A stretch of 50,054 bases of DNA from positions 102,638,955 to 102,689,008 of the forward strand of contig NC_068986.1 of NCBI RefSeq assembly GCF_001194135.2. Reading direction: 5' to 3'. A model generated the notes under the pieces. It was not told the DNA's origin, did not search any database, and was given only the letters and a program-made list of their open reading frames with translations. A program made the translations under genes and the position numbers. This DNA is from Octopus bimaculoides (Eukaryota). This document shows, piece after piece, positions 1-13,690 of this stretch; position 1 is the first letter of the stretch; each line of letters starts with the position of its first letter.

Positions 1-960
1 TATATATATATATATATATATATATATTAGTTTATGTATACGTGTGTGAGTGTATGTATGTGTATATATACATATATGTATATATATATATACGAATATG
101 TACAATCATATATGTGCATGGCTGCACGCCTGACGTGTGTGTGTGTGATGTGTCTACAAAATGAGATCCTCTATCGAAATACGTACATATGTGCTTACGT
201 ATAAATCCTGGTAAAGAGAAAGAGAAGAGATGGACAGAGTGATGTACAGTTTGCAATAGAGTATAGCTCTTCAGTAGATGTAATGAAATAATAAATATTA
301 CTTCATGAGTATGATTATTGTTCCTGAAAATGTGTATTAAGTAATAGGATTTAAAAAATATAAATAGCAACAACAAAGAAGTCGTCCTTCGGAATGAATA
401 AATGAAGATTTCGTTTTATTGTTTTACTGGTTTTCAACAACAAGTACTTCACGTATACTGAAAGAAACAAATTTCATAAAGAGAATCGTCCAATATTCAA
501 ACGTTAGAAGAGAAACAAATTAATGTAGATTGAATGCAATCCAGTATTCTATTCAGTATACAAATGTAACTTATTCAAACATAGTCTCAGCTGACAAACA
601 AATAAAAATATATAATATTAATGAACCTAGCTAGATTTGAAAATTGAAATAAAAGAGAAGATAGCAAGGAATACCATGTATCTAAAACTGAATTGTACGA
701 ACTGTTTTCAATAAGAGAAAGTTATATATATGTTACGTCTAAGCTTATTAGCAACACAATAGTTCACCAAATTAACTTTCGCACACAGATAATGCATATT
801 TTTTCTGAAAACTATAGCTTTTGACAACTTAATTCGTACCAAGTAAAGTCACCTATGCTGTCGTTGCACTTCTCGGTTTCATTCGAACAACGCACTGTTT
901 GCCGAAATATATGTATTACTCTTTCAATATCAAGGTTCTCTGTGCATTGAAAATGAAATA

Positions 961-1408
961 AAACTGCGTCTATACAGCACCATCAGCACTGTATGCGAGT
1001 GAAACTTGGAAAGTAGCATGAATAATATCCGAGAGACTGGATGTATTCCATCAGAGGTGCTTGCGGAAAATATTGAAGATCTCCTATCGCGACCACGTCA
1101 CTAATACTACAGTCCTCCAGCTTGCACAGTCCAAAAGGTTGCGAGACATCGTGGCAGAGAGAAGAATGAGACTAGCCGGGCACATTTTGCGCATGCCAGA
1201 CCAACGGCAGGCACGCCTGGCGGAAAGAGACAGAGAGGAAGACCAAAAAAAAAAAAAAAAAAACATGGCGCAGATCTTTCAAAGCAGACATAGCAGTAAT
1301 AAACAGAAAATGGGAAAACATCGAGAGAGAGGCTGGCGATAGAGAACAGTGGAGATTGTTGTCTGCCCAATGCGCCACCAGACACTGGATGGACTAAGAA
1401 CTAAGAAC
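961..1408 (+). mobile_element. RTE-clade LINE 3' fragment (post-RT C-terminus and tail), decayed
   Basis: Broken translation LYASETWK..RLDVFHQRCLRKILKISYRDHVTN..VAERRMRLAGHILRMPDQR resembles the RTE ORF2 C-terminus. It ends in a short tandem tail ctaagaa-ctaagaa-ct. Confidence 0.75.
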
Positions 1409-1929
1409 TGTGCGTTGAACATCATATTGTAAGATGTTTATATTAGCTCCCCGTTCTCTAGTGATAGCCACCGATTGCAACATCAAATTTCGGTTCAGTG
1501 TAGATTTGTGATTTAGGTTTATAGTCGACTACAGTTTTATAAATGTAAGGATCGGTATTGTCTAATAATGCAACTTTTTACCGCTCGAATACAAAACATT
1601 ACTCAATTGACGCTCACTTTATTCAATTGTGATAGAACTTCACAGAAGTTTAAAACAATATTTTTGGAAATCAACTAGCATAAATTTGATTATTTTCTCT
1701 GATTTTCGAACGAAAAATATTCAATATTACAGAATGTTTCAAGGTAAAATGTAGTTTTATAATTTACATTTCTTTGGTATATTTAAATATTTGATCTCTT
1801 TATTCATTATTTTCTTTAAGGAAACGTACTTTGGCTATTTTATCGATGTTTATATTGAACATGTATGAAATCATTTGTAAGGTAAGCTCTAATGTCTGTG
1901 GTGTACATTCCAGATTAATGCGTAGAGAT

Positions 1930-1932
<3 letters not shown>

Positions 1933-2000
<68 letters not shown>
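1933..2000. repeat. (AG)n microsatellite
   Basis: Direct read. Confidence 0.95.
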
Positions 2001-2005
<5 letters not shown>

Positions 2006-2148
2006 TTGTTGTAATCAATGGGGAATTTATGATATTTCTGAGACTTAAGGATATGCTGTGGGAAATTTTCACTAATATGAACACATATCCATACGCACAT
2101 ATATTTAAATGAAATGTATATAACCGTACATATATATATATATATATA

Positions 2149-2675
2149 GGGAGAATTCACAAAAATACAACAGACGAAGACAGGTGGTGTAGAAAGCAAA
2201 TAGATGTATTAGTATAAAGCTCGGTAAGTAAAAAAGGCATTAGCGTTTCTAGCGTACGCTCTTCCACAGAAAGGAAGACAGAAAGAAACAAGGAGAGAAA
2301 AAATTGTGTGTAGTAGTCAGTGATCTATCATGGCGTATGCCAGACAGAAGGGTCACACAGGAGAGTTAAGAAGAAGGGGAGATAACAAAACAGTAGTGAT
2401 CCCAAAATGAAGGTGCATGTGCGTAAGAGAATGCTGGTGATCTTAACTTATGCATGTGTGTATGTAGGTGTGAATATATATATAGGGAGAATCCCCCCCC
2501 CCACCAGAAAAAAACAAAAGACGATGACAGGTGGTCTAGACAGACAACAAAGAGACGTATTAGTTTAACGCTCGAGAAGTGAAAAAATCTTTAACGTTTC
2601 GAGTCGAGCCTACGCTCTTCCACAGAAAGAAACAGGGAGAGAAAATAAAGAATGTGTAGTGGCCAGCGATTTCGC
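2149..2675 (-). mobile_element. Tandem pair of PLE-type terminal-repeat units (2149-2330, 2485-2675), each with a hammerhead-like motif
   Basis: Two diverged direct copies of ~185 bp, each starting gggagaat right after (TA)n. The minus strand of copy 2 reads tcttt-ctgtgga-a-gagc-gtag-gctc-gactc-gaa-acgt-t-aaaga. Confidence 0.65.
2588..2630 (-). ncRNA. Minimal type I hammerhead-like motif, variant core CUGUGGA
   Basis: Helix I UCUUU/AAAGA, helix II GAGC/GCUC, GAA, palindromic ACGU helix III, GUU site. A6 is replaced by U and there is a 5-nt insertion (gactc), so activity is uncertain. Confidence 0.5.
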
Positions 2676-3340
2676 TTTTGCATGTTGTTTGCAAAATTCT
2701 TTATGCGAAATCTTTTGTTGAAAGAAATGTTGTTGGGTCTAGAGAGGGTTATTATGTCAATATTATTAACACACGCACTGGTTCCTTTGCACTATTTTAT
2801 TATTAGTCCGTTACTTAGATATAAAATCCAAAATAACTGATTGTTTAATTTGGTTAAAGAATAAGTCATTCCCCTTATTTTTGTTTGACAAAGCTCTCTC
2901 GTTGCAACTTCCAAGTTTTTCAACGACTTCTTAGTCCGATACGGAGGCCGGGTTTTACTACCCGAGAACATGTTGCGTTCTACCGAGCGAGTGCTAGTGT
3001 GGCTCGTAAGCTTTTGTATGTACGTATATATGTATATATGCATGTATGTATTCTTCTGTGTATTTACATTCTCATGTGTGTGCGTGCTTGTGTGTTTATG
3101 TACAGATGTATGTATGTATGGATGTATGTGTTTGGGTGTGCTTGTGCGTTTATGCACGGGTGCCTTGTGTGCATGCTTTTGTTGTTATGTTTGTGTGCAT
3201 GCGTGTGTGTGGAGTGTGTGTGTATGTTCATTTGTCTCTATCTCCTTGTGTGCATGAGTGTGTGTGTGTTTGTGTGTGTGTGCTTATATCCCTGTCTGCC
3301 CGTACTACATATTTACTTACCTACTTACCTACCTACCTAC

Positions 3341-3367
3341 CTATCTATCTATCTATCTATCTATCTT

Positions 3368-3414
<47 letters not shown>

Positions 3415-3439
3415 CTCTGTCTGTCTGTCTATCTGTCTG

Positions 3440-3490
<51 letters not shown>

Positions 3491-3492
3491 CT
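3341..3492. repeat. (TATC)n/(TGTC)n compound microsatellite
   Basis: Direct read. Confidence 0.95.
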
Positions 3493-3779
3493 CTACTTAC
3501 CTACCTTCTTGCCCATTTCTCTGACTACCTATATAATGAACGAAGTAACTAGCCATCTATATAACTGGCCTACCCATCGAAAACCTATCAACCTAGCTAT
3601 AATTTTACGTACTTGACTGCCTACTTACGAATGTATCTACGTATGCACGCTATGTGAGTTGTATTTGTGGCATTGGTATATCCCTACTTTTTATTACATG
3701 TATTTCCTATTTAGTATGGGTAAGGTTACATTTATAAGAAGTCAAAGGTCCTTTTGGCGTTTGGAAAAATACGGATATC

Positions 3780-4900
3780 AGTTCGGGCCAGTGGGCCGCC
3801 ATGTGCACGTTTAACGTCTCTGTTAAACTCCAAGTGGTTTCCCCAATTCGTGCCGTGCTTCTGTCCTGACAAACCCCTTCCATGCACGTTATGCTCTAGA
3901 CATCGTTCCTAGTTTTACAGTTAATATTGGTGTTAAACTTACAAACGCCACAGTTCTCATTAGTGGATGTGTTAGTTTCGAAGAGGTAAATCCTACAAAA
4001 CTTACCTTTTCGATGAAGCTCCCTGGCTCCGATGGAGCTCCATCAGGAGCTCCCTGGATCTTTTCAACGATCTTAATTTTCTGTTTGATATCATTGAGAG
4101 ATTTCAGACGTGTGGCCGTTACAACCATCACTCCCTGATATTTATCAAACTTGTACAATGTGTTCTATCGTTTTGCTTTGTCACAATTCAGCTGTGTACT
4201 ATTCCAGTCTTCCCTTCGGTATCTCCGAAGGTTAATATTGACATAATTACATAAATGTTATTTAACTTCTTCTGGCTCCCCTGTATATTCGAATCCGATT
4301 TTCTGGTCGTATTCAGAGAATTGCATGCAGTGCATGAAGTTCTGTTTATGCTTTCTTATTTTATTGGATTACCATAACAAAGACACATACACACTATTAA
4401 TTATCCAAACTGAGTCTGCTATTAATATGCTTTTTTTAATACTGTGTGACAAGGTTGTATTCTTGCAAACAGCGTATCTAGAATCTATGGGTTTCTTTAA
4501 TAGGAGTGGAGGAGCTGTACTATCTTGTTTACAGTCTCTGATCAAAGGTCAGTACCAAAGAAATGGGTTCCGTTGTTAGGGTGCCTAGCTGGATAATCTA
4601 TAGTTACCTTCCTACTTTGGTGGATGTAGTTACCAATGTGCTGGATGCTCTCCGTCGTACTCCTCTCTTTATGGTTGCATCGCTTTTCCTTAGTAGAATA
4701 TTGGTGTCATTTACATACCTACAGTGTTATAGATTGTTCATCTAGGGATTGTCTGAGTTTTGTGTCCTACCAGGTTATGAAGAGGCCTGGCCACACCGAG
4801 ACCGATGGATGCTCATACAACCTGCATGTATCGTTTTCTCGCTGGCGTGTGGAGTCATTCTTTTCACCTGATGGTTTTTCTTTTGGTCTTGACTATGTAA
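3780..4900 (-). mobile_element. Decayed Penelope-like element ORF (RT, thumb and linker; possibly Poseidon-like)
   Basis: With stops and frameshifts the minus strand gives, in the expected order: YMQVV*ASIGLGVARPLHNL (RT5-like), CRYVNDTNILL (RYVDD-like), DKYQGVMVVTATRLKSLN, GSFIEKV, AFVSLTPILTVKLG..GFVRTEARHELGKPLG. Confidence 0.5.
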
Positions 4901-5039
4901 GTGTTATGTAAGCTTACCCACTCCAGTGCTTTTGTGGTGCTCTTTTACGCTGCAGTGGTGATCGTGTGGGGGCTTCCCCAATGAGACCTGTTGATGCATA
5001 ATCTCCTTAAGTGATAGTTGTCAAAATAATTATGGTCAT

Positions 5040-5420
5040 AGGCTAGTTTTCTCGACTCCATTACTTACATGGTACTTTATTTTATCGAGCCCAAAAGAAT
5101 GAAATACTAATTTAACTTCGCCTCTCCTTGAGCCCCATGCAGAAACAATTGCGGCTAATTATTTTGTCAGTTGCGTTAACGATTGTACCAGCTCGCCGCC
5201 GTATACCAACATCAATAATTTATTCTATTATAAGCACATGACCTGAATTTTGTAGGACGTGGCCAGGCAATTGTATCGACCTTAGTGCTCAACTGAAATT
5301 TATATTATCTCCTACCAAAATGTTGAAGGGCAAAATCAATGTCGTCAGAGTTTGTACTGAATGCATCAGAGAGAGACAAAATATTACTAAGCATTTTTCC
5401 GGCTTGCTAACTATTCTGAC
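5040..5420 (-). mobile_element. Two degenerate tandem copies of SINE family B
   Basis: Reverse-complement similarity to the copies at 21167 and 37783 (ccagctcgccgcc head; ggtactttattttatcga). Confidence 0.65.
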
Positions 5421-7806
5421 GGCCCGTTGCCTTATACTAAGGTCAAAAATAATTTGTAACGTAAGGTTATACCAAATAGAAAAATAAAATTGTTGACGCG
5501 ATCACTTCTTTATTCAGACATTACCATGAAAAGTTAAATACAAAAGCGGACACAGAAATACTGTTCGAGGCATTATTCAACGAGCACTCGAACAGGGATT
5601 GCAAATTAATTGCAAAACTTTTACCAGACGCCTGTTACCAATGTATATGAAGTTGTAAAATAATGAAATTAATCTAAGTGATGACATTGCCAGACAGATT
5701 TGCATGAATTTCAAATAAATACAAACTCATTTAGAAATCATCATTTTCTCTAAGTTAACAATACACGGAACTAGGATGTAGAAACAGGTGTAAAATTAAG
5801 TTTGGGACTATGTTTATACGCATGAATTCATTTGGTGCAATATGATATATAAGATTTGGCACAGTGTATCTATACACAGTAACTCCAACAAAATATTTAT
5901 TCCATAAAACCATTCATCACAGAATCATCGGTATAGCTATTCTGATTTTAATTTAATTTATGGCCTTTAGAAGTAGTTTACTCTTCTCGGGAATGGCTTC
6001 TTTCAATAACGTGGCTTCATTAATATAAATGTATATCGATCTATCTCTATACCTATCTATCTATCTATCAATTTCCCTATCTATCTTTCTATCACTATAT
6101 ATANNNNNNNNNNNNNNNNNNNNNNNNNNNNNNNNNNNNNNNNNNNNNNNNNNNNNNNNNNNNNNNNNNNNNNNNNNNNNNNNNNNNNNNNNNNNNNNNN
6201 NNNNNNNNNNNNNNNNNNNNNNNNNNNNNNNNNNNNNNNNNNNNNNNNNNNNNNNNNNNNNNNNNNNNNNNNNNNNNNNNNNNNNNNNNNNNNNNNNNNN
6301 NNNNNNNNNNNNNNNNNNNNNNNNNNNNNNNNNNNNNNNNNNNNNNNNNNNNNNNNNNNNNNNNNNNNNNNNNNNNNNNNNNNNNNNNNNNNNNNNNNNN
6401 NNNNNNNNNNNNNNNNNNNNNNNNNNNNNNNNNNNNNNNNNNNNNNNNNNNNNNNNNNNNNNNNNNNNNNNNNNNNNNNNNNNNNNNNNNNNNNNNNNNN
6501 NNNNNNNNNNNNNNNNNNNNNNNNNNNNNNNNNNNNNNNNNNNNNNNNNNNNNNNNNNNNNNNNNNNNNNNNNNNNNNNNNNNNNNNNNNNNNNNNNNNN
6601 NNNNNNNNNNNNNATGTATGTGTGTGTATATGCATAAATGTATATGAACGTATATATTCAAATATATATGTAAACATATAATTATATAAGATATAATCTA
6701 TCTGCATTTAACTAGTTGTATAAATACAAAGAATTCTGTGCACACGTAATTTTGATATGGAATTTTATTTCACAACTTAATCCAAATTTTCCTTGAAGTT
6801 TCCGAAATAGCAATGTCATATTAGAAATTCAGTTTCGTGTACTTAATATTGATATATTAAACTATTCACTTCATTCAGTCTCTTTACAAATTATATTCAT
6901 ATTTACTTCCGCATCAATTTCATTTGAAATGAATAGATTTAGGTATTCGTAAGACTATTCATCAATGTAGTTAAATATTACCATGTAAAAAAAAAAAAAA
7001 AAAAAACTGATTTCATTCGAAGTTTCGTGATTCTATATTTTGTAAATTCGTCGAAAATCAAAGTCTACGCTAGTTTCATTAGTTCATTAAACAACTGCAC
7101 TTTGTATGTTTGTGTGCTTGTCTATGTTTGAATGTTTCTGAATAAAGTGGAGTTAAAATTGTGAGTCCGTAAGTGTTTATGTATTTGAGTATACGTATAC
7201 ATATATGTGTGCGTTTGTATTTGTATGTGCATGTGTGATACTTAGATAAGCTTTCTGCGCCGTATAGGCCCGGGTCACGAGCAGCTAAATTTTTCTATTT
7301 GGAAAGGGCATTTAATAGAGTATTATATAAAAATCATTCTTTGAGCACTGTCGCCCATTCGAGTGAAGGTTTATTTTGTGCATAGATATATACGGGGATA
7401 CGTAGCTGTTCTGAAATTTATTGGAGATATTCATTCAGGAACTGTTTCAGTGATACGGTGTTCTATTTCTTTTTTGTCTTAGAATAGCAGTACTAAAATG
7501 TGTGTGTGTGCGTATGTGCGTGAGGGAAAGAGAAAGAGAGAGAGAGAGGGGGGATATAGACTCATAGAGAGAGACTGAGAGTCTAGATATCATTGTTGAG
7601 AGGAAATAATTCGGTTGTAATCGCGCTGTTGGACATGTAATATGGCTATTCCGGCGGCCGTAGCAGACGATTCTCATATGTCAACGATATAATTACGGGT
7701 GCTTTTATACACCATGAGTCTTTATACGAGACACTTTCAAATTAATTACCGCAGTATTCTGCGTTCTAAACACAATTTCTTCGTAAAGTTGAAGATTAAG
7801 ATTAAC

Positions 7807-7839
<33 letters not shown>

Positions 7840-8715
7840 TGTGTGTGTGTATGTGCATGTCTGTGTGTGTGGGTGTGCGTGTGTTTGTGTGTATATATAC
7901 ATATATTTATGTATATGCATATATGCATATATATATATATATANNNNNNNNNNNNNNNNNNNNNNNNNNNNNNNNNNNNNNNNNNNNNNNNNNNNNNNNN
8001 NNNNNNNNNNNNNNNNNNNNNNNNNNNNNNNNNNNNNNNNNNNNNNNNNNNNNNNNNNNNNNNNNNNNNNNNNNNNNNNNNNNNNNNNNNNNNNNNNNNN
8101 NNNNNNNNNNNNNNNNNNNNNNNNNNNNNNNNNNNNNNNNNNNNNNNNNNNNNNNNNNNNNNNNNNNNNNNNNNNNNNNNNNNNNNNNNNNNNNNNNNNN
8201 NNNNNNNNNNNNNNNNNNNNNNNNNNNNNNNNNNNNNNNNNNNNNNNNNNNNNNNNNNNNNNNNNNNNNNNNNNNNNNNNNNNNNNNNNNNNNNNNNNNN
8301 NNNNNNNNNNNNNNNNNNNNNNNNNNNNNNNNNNNNNNNNNNNNNNNNNNNNNNNNNNNNNNNNNNNNNNNNNNNNNNNNNNNNNNNNNNNNNNNNNNNN
8401 NNNNNNNNNNNNNNNNNNNNNNNNNNNNNNNNNNNNNNNNNNNNNNNNNNNNNNNNNNNNNNNNNNNNNNNNNNNNNNNNNNNNNNNNNNNNNNNNNNNN
8501 NNNNNNNNNNNNNNNNNNNNNNNNNNNNNNNNNNNNNNNNNNNNNNNNNNNNNNNNNNNNNNNNNNNNNNNNNNNNNNNNNNNNNNNNNNNNNNNNNNNN
8601 NNNNNNNNNNNNNNNNNNNNNNNNNNNNNNNNNNNNNNNNNNNNNNNNNNNNNNNNNNNNNNNNNNNNNNNNNNNNNNNNNNNNNNNNNNNNNNNNNNNN
8701 NNNNNNNNNNNNNNN

Positions 8716-8880
8716 TCTCAACACCCTATAGCTTTGTCGTCCATTTTCCAGGGAGTACATGCCCAGCTCTTTTATTCTCTCTATGTAGCTTATCTTCATA
8801 CTGTACTTGTGTTGAATTACAGGGTATTATTCTATTACACTCAGGTCTTTTGACAAAAATTATTGGGAGAATTAATGCAG
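8716..8880 (-). mobile_element. CR1-clade LINE C-terminal fragment
   Basis: KISYIERIKELGMYSLE..RQSY matches the CR1-type 'LSYEERLKELGLYSLERRR' motif. It is truncated by a gap. Confidence 0.6.
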
Positions 8881-9575
8881 GTGAATGAATATAAGTTATC
8901 TCCGGTGCATGCTATCCCTGCCGACGACACTTCGACTTATGTGCATACCCAGCTTGGCTCGACTCACATCAACGGTATTGCATTACATGATTGTCTTATA
9001 TGTTCTGATTGCAATCTCTTTGTGGGTCGATAACAGAGTGCTTGATATATTTTTATATGTTATACGATATTTACATACTAAATCCAGTAAGGCGTTCTTC
9101 ATCATCTAGCATTCCCTGCGGCATGCATACACAATAATGCTTGTCATTCGAATTGAGTTTCATTAGACAGAAATCGTATATTGTTTTGGCCACCAACACA
9201 ATATATTGCGAATGACATATTAGACATCTTCTATTCTGTATTTAAGGCTTTCTAGTCTTTGAATGATTTCACAAGAGAGAAAAATAACACGTTATTTCTG
9301 TTTCATAGCTTATGGTATGAAGTGTGAAATCGAATATAACTGTCTACATGGAAGGAATAAAATTGATGGGTTTACATTAAATAAGAAATACATAATTGAT
9401 GTGACAAGCAAACAGATGTGTGAAATTGCTATGATATATCATCATTCAGGCGAAATTGCTGTCCTAATATGGTTCATAATTTCTCTCCTATTCGATTTCT
9501 TCTCTTACATACTAGCTTTATTTCTGGACGCACATACATAATTTTGTGCTTAAACACAATCACACAAATATATCA

Positions 9576-9606
<31 letters not shown>

Positions 9607-11699
9607 ATTATTATATTTTTTTTATAAATCTCTCTCTAAAGGAGATTACAGCAGCGGTACTGTGTATTAATAGTTATCGCCAAGCAAACATGGAAGTCCA
9701 GAATAACAGGACGAATGCTACCGTTGATTAGCTCCAACAGGCCATCACCTCTGGCTAGCTATGTTGCACACAAACTGGTAACCATCACAATCTTCGAAGA
9801 TGGGAATTCATCAGCTTCGCTGTGCTGGTTCAGACATCCACAGACTAGTTTCAGGGTATTTGCACTTTATCAATGTGGAGTAGTCGAACCGAGTAGGCGT
9901 CGCTGTTGACTGTCTGTTCGAAGGTTTATATATATTCAGAGGGACTGAACGTGGAACCATGTGTTTGAGAAGCAAACTTCTCAACCACACAATAACTCTT
10001 CCACCTAATGTGAGTGTGTGTAAGTTTGTGTTTACATTTATTGTTAGATCGTGTAATGAAAAAGATTGTCCTGGCAGAGTTGCTTCTCTTACATAAAGAC
10101 CGCAAAGTCATGCGATCCTACCTCGTTTCCGAGGTTCTTTTTGTTATATAAAAAAAAAGCGTTACTGTGCAAAACAACATACTCTATTTGGTAGCCGGAA
10201 TACAACTGAATATGTTGGTACCTCATACGTCAAAATAGGCAACTCAGTTTTTGAATGCATAAAGAACATACGCACACACACACACACACACACACAAACT
10301 TTCTTTTGTATATTACGATAAAAGGTTTATATATATATATATTCATTTATTTATTTATTTATTTATATGCATATGTATGAATATGCATATATAGATATAT
10401 GACCACACACACACACACATACGCATACACACACACACAGATATATATATATANNNNNNNNNNNNNNNNNNNNNNNNNNNNNNNNNNNNNNNNNNNNNNN
10501 NNNNNNNNNNNNNNNNNNNNNNNNNNNNNNNNNNNNNNNNNNNNNNNTATATATATGCAAACATATGCCTATACATATCTATCTTATGTATACGTAAGCA
10601 CTAACATGTAGAGAAAAATAGATACAACAAGTCTGAGAATATGTAAGCATATTCATATTCAAGAAATAATAAACTGCATGGGCATGTTCGTGTGTGTGTC
10701 AGTGTGTATGTGTGTGTATGTGTAAACCTAAACAAATATGTTTGAATATCTGTACACACACACTGAGGAAGAGATTCTTACAATATATGCTGTGTTTGGC
10801 TATTGCATTCTAAAAGATTTTGTAGTATGGCGTGATATAATGGGACATATCATATGCATTGAGCCAATCAATAATGATAACAATTGATTTCAGATACTTG
10901 TTGTAGATGTTCGCGTGGTTTACGATAAAATACAAATAGAATTACGTGTTATGAGGAGCTGATACTTTTAAGTTATCTTTCAGTTTATCATTGACAATAA
11001 TTTCCATGAATCTTGTATCAAGTAGAATCTGTATTTTATCTTCCATTTAATCACGTTACTATGTTTTACTTCCTGTATTACTTCGGATCGGAATGTCTGT
11101 GTGTTTTTATATATTGCATGTGAATCATGTTTGGATACCGACACAAGAAATCTGAAAATCTTTGCGTTATCCTTTGCGCCACGAAAGAAAAGATGAAGCA
11201 CAACATATCACGTTTTTTGCTTGTCCCATGAAAACAATGACGTTTTGCCCGTTCGCATCCGTTGATTTCCTCAAATGAAAACTTCTGCATAAAAGTTTTG
11301 ATTTGCGCAATTCCAATTATATAATTCAGTGTATTGCCAGAAAAAAAAATTAATTTGTCTTGTAATAGAAGTACGAAAGTGAAGCAAAGAAAAAGAAAAA
11401 AATATCTACGTACGTTTGAGCTACCGTGCATTTACTATAAATGTTTGGTCCATTGGATTATAAATAGTAACAGGTTTAGTCCAATGTAACCTTAAGTTTA
11501 TTAAGATATTTGTTTCAGTAATATGTACCAGACAATAGTATATTAGACTTGGAATAATCAAAACATTGAATATGTACGTGAATAATATAATTAAACGCAA
11601 TGCAGTTATGCAATTAAATTATAGATTTCAAAGAATCTTGTATTTTTAAACTCATATACGTGTGTGTATGTATGTATGTATATCTTATTTTTCGTCCTG

Positions 11700-12050
11700 C
11701 AGAGTGTCCAAAAAACACCTTCCTCACCAAGCAAGCTTGATGGAGTTACCAGTTGAGTCACCGATGACCCGAACATACAACAGGTTGTACTGGATTACAT
11801 GTCACCAGTAGCGTCTTAGAAAATCTGTGGAAGTGCTGAACAGCTCAGGACCTGTTAACGGCCATCCAACAATATGTGTACATGTGTGTGTATGAATGTG
11901 TGTATGCGCAGGGACATACCTAGGTCCCTAACCAGGCGTGTTGTTGGTCCACTGGGAGTAGGAGGCTCCTCTGTTGTTGTCTCAACGTCTGTCTAGGAGA
12001 GGAAAACTCGGAAAGACAAACCTGCGATGCTGACAATATTCGACAATGTA
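11700..12050 (+). mobile_element. Probable interspersed-repeat fragment, possibly RTE 5'-UTR-like
   Basis: GC-richer block ending in gtctaggagaggaaaactc..caaacc, a phrase I associate with RTE 5' UTRs. From memory only. Confidence 0.3.
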
Positions 12051-12309
12051 GACTAGTTCTTCTTTTCGCGTTTATGTTGTCCATGTTCAAAGAGTGGGAT
12101 TGGAATTGTGCAAATTCTATCCACAGGTATCGCTTGAAAATTAATAAAAATAAGACCTATCACAAAAATGGCTGGTCGTAGCCTTCGAATCTTTGGGACT
12201 TTCGATCAGGCGAGGGCAACACTTGAATACAGGTTTGCAGCCATCATGTATGTATGCATGTATTATATATGTATGTATGTAAGTACGTATGTATGTATGG
12301 ATGTAGGCA

Positions 12310-12360
12310 GGTAGGTAGGTAGGTAGGTAGGTAGGTAGGTAGGTAGGTAGGTAGGTAGGT
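12310..12360. repeat. (GGTA)n microsatellite
   Basis: Direct read. Confidence 0.95.
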
Positions 12361-13504
12361 ATTAAACTTCCCTAAGATGAGTGAAAGGACAGCCTCGTAT
12401 GTAAATATTATACGAAATTGAGGTTTGTCTCTAAATTATTCTTTTCAATAGCGTCTTGTTCATTTTCTCATTTGCGTTTATCCAAAGGACACATTTCTTT
12501 GACAGATGTGATAAATATTCAACGGTAAACTCGTAAATCCTATCAGAATTACAGACAACTGAAATCGTATTTCAAAGTCAAAAGTTCAAAAATTCCAATG
12601 AAGAATTAGAATACTGAAATTTTGAAAATGTATGTATGTACACACGAACACACGCACATACATACACACATACATACATACATACATACATACATACATA
12701 CATGTAAATATTGTACGGATTTAGGAAGTTCGGGATGTAATCATCTCTAACAGTGAAAAATCGAAGCAGATAAAGTTATAGATAAAATCCTGTAAATAGT
12801 GTGTATAAAAAACACCTTTAATGGAAAAATCTGAAGCCTGCCTTTGAGACACCAGCATACACTTGTAAACCTGACAGATGATCTGTCTTTGTACGAAAAT
12901 AATCATTCGAGTTACTCCATCCATTTTAGAAGCTTTATTCTTACCATGGAGGATTGTGTGTGGTTTACGTGAAAGAGATTTAGAAACCTCGAGGTATAAG
13001 AAATAAATTGTGGTTAACGAATGTTTATACATACGAGTTATGTTAAAAAATGAACAGTAATAAGGAAAATGAATTCGTCTATAAATGTATACGATTTGCA
13101 AGATATACTGTGGTTTGAAAATGATAAACACGATTTAAAATATGTTCTTCATGATTTTCTTTTGTTTACAAATAGTTCACACACAAATGTCCGCACATCA
13201 TTGTCGCATACTTGGTCCAAAGTGTCCGTGAAACATGCCAAACCTCAAAATTACCATCTAAAAAGTAGAATGTGAACACGTATACAATAGAACTTCAATG
13301 ACTACGGGTTCGTGATGGCTTTTTAAAATCATTACATATCTGCAGAATAGGGACACACCTAATATTGAAAAAATCTACATGCCGTGCATGTTCATGCAGA
13401 GCGTGTAAAGATTTGTAGAACTACGTGATAGTCATAAGCGTTTAAGCTAAAATATCTATTAAGGTGAACGCTTTAGCGTAACGAGTGACATTTTCTCTTA
13501 TACA

Positions 13505-13690
13505 ATCCTTTCTGCTATAGAAGTAAGGCCTGAAATTTTAGTGGAAAGCTAATAGTAAATTACATTAAACTCAGTGCACAGCTGGTACTTTATTCTTTGG
13601 ACCCCGAAAAGAATGAAAAGGGGAAATATAAATGCCTCTAACTATTTTGTCTGGCGTGCTAACCACTCGGCCAGATCTCTGACTTAATAT
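13505..13690 (-). mobile_element. Degenerate SINE family B copy
   Basis: ctggtactttattctttggaccccgaaaagaatgaaa and tggcgtgctaaccactcggccag match the reverse complement of family B. Confidence 0.6.

Noticed and set aside
240-282. Minus-strand ctgaaga-gc..gc-aaac-tgta
   Set aside because: G12 is missing and helix I cannot pair.
2885-3616. 243-aa ORF and similar long low-complexity ORFs
   Set aside because: Products of (GT)n, (TATC)n, (GTA)n or (GAA)n repeats, or read-through of N gaps.
4006-4160. Apparent minus-strand exon ending in AAG/GTAAGT
   Set aside because: No acceptor, an in-frame stop upstream, and better explained as part of the PLE remnant.
7600-7740. CpG-rich patch as a promoter
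   Set aside because: Too short, and no downstream exon to support it.
9795-9820. Minus-strand ctgatga
   Set aside because: No helix II or GAAA downstream.
11905-12030. HDV-like ribozyme in the putative RTE 5' UTR
   Set aside because: Only a simple gggac/gtccc hairpin is visible; I could not assemble the nested double pseudoknot by eye.
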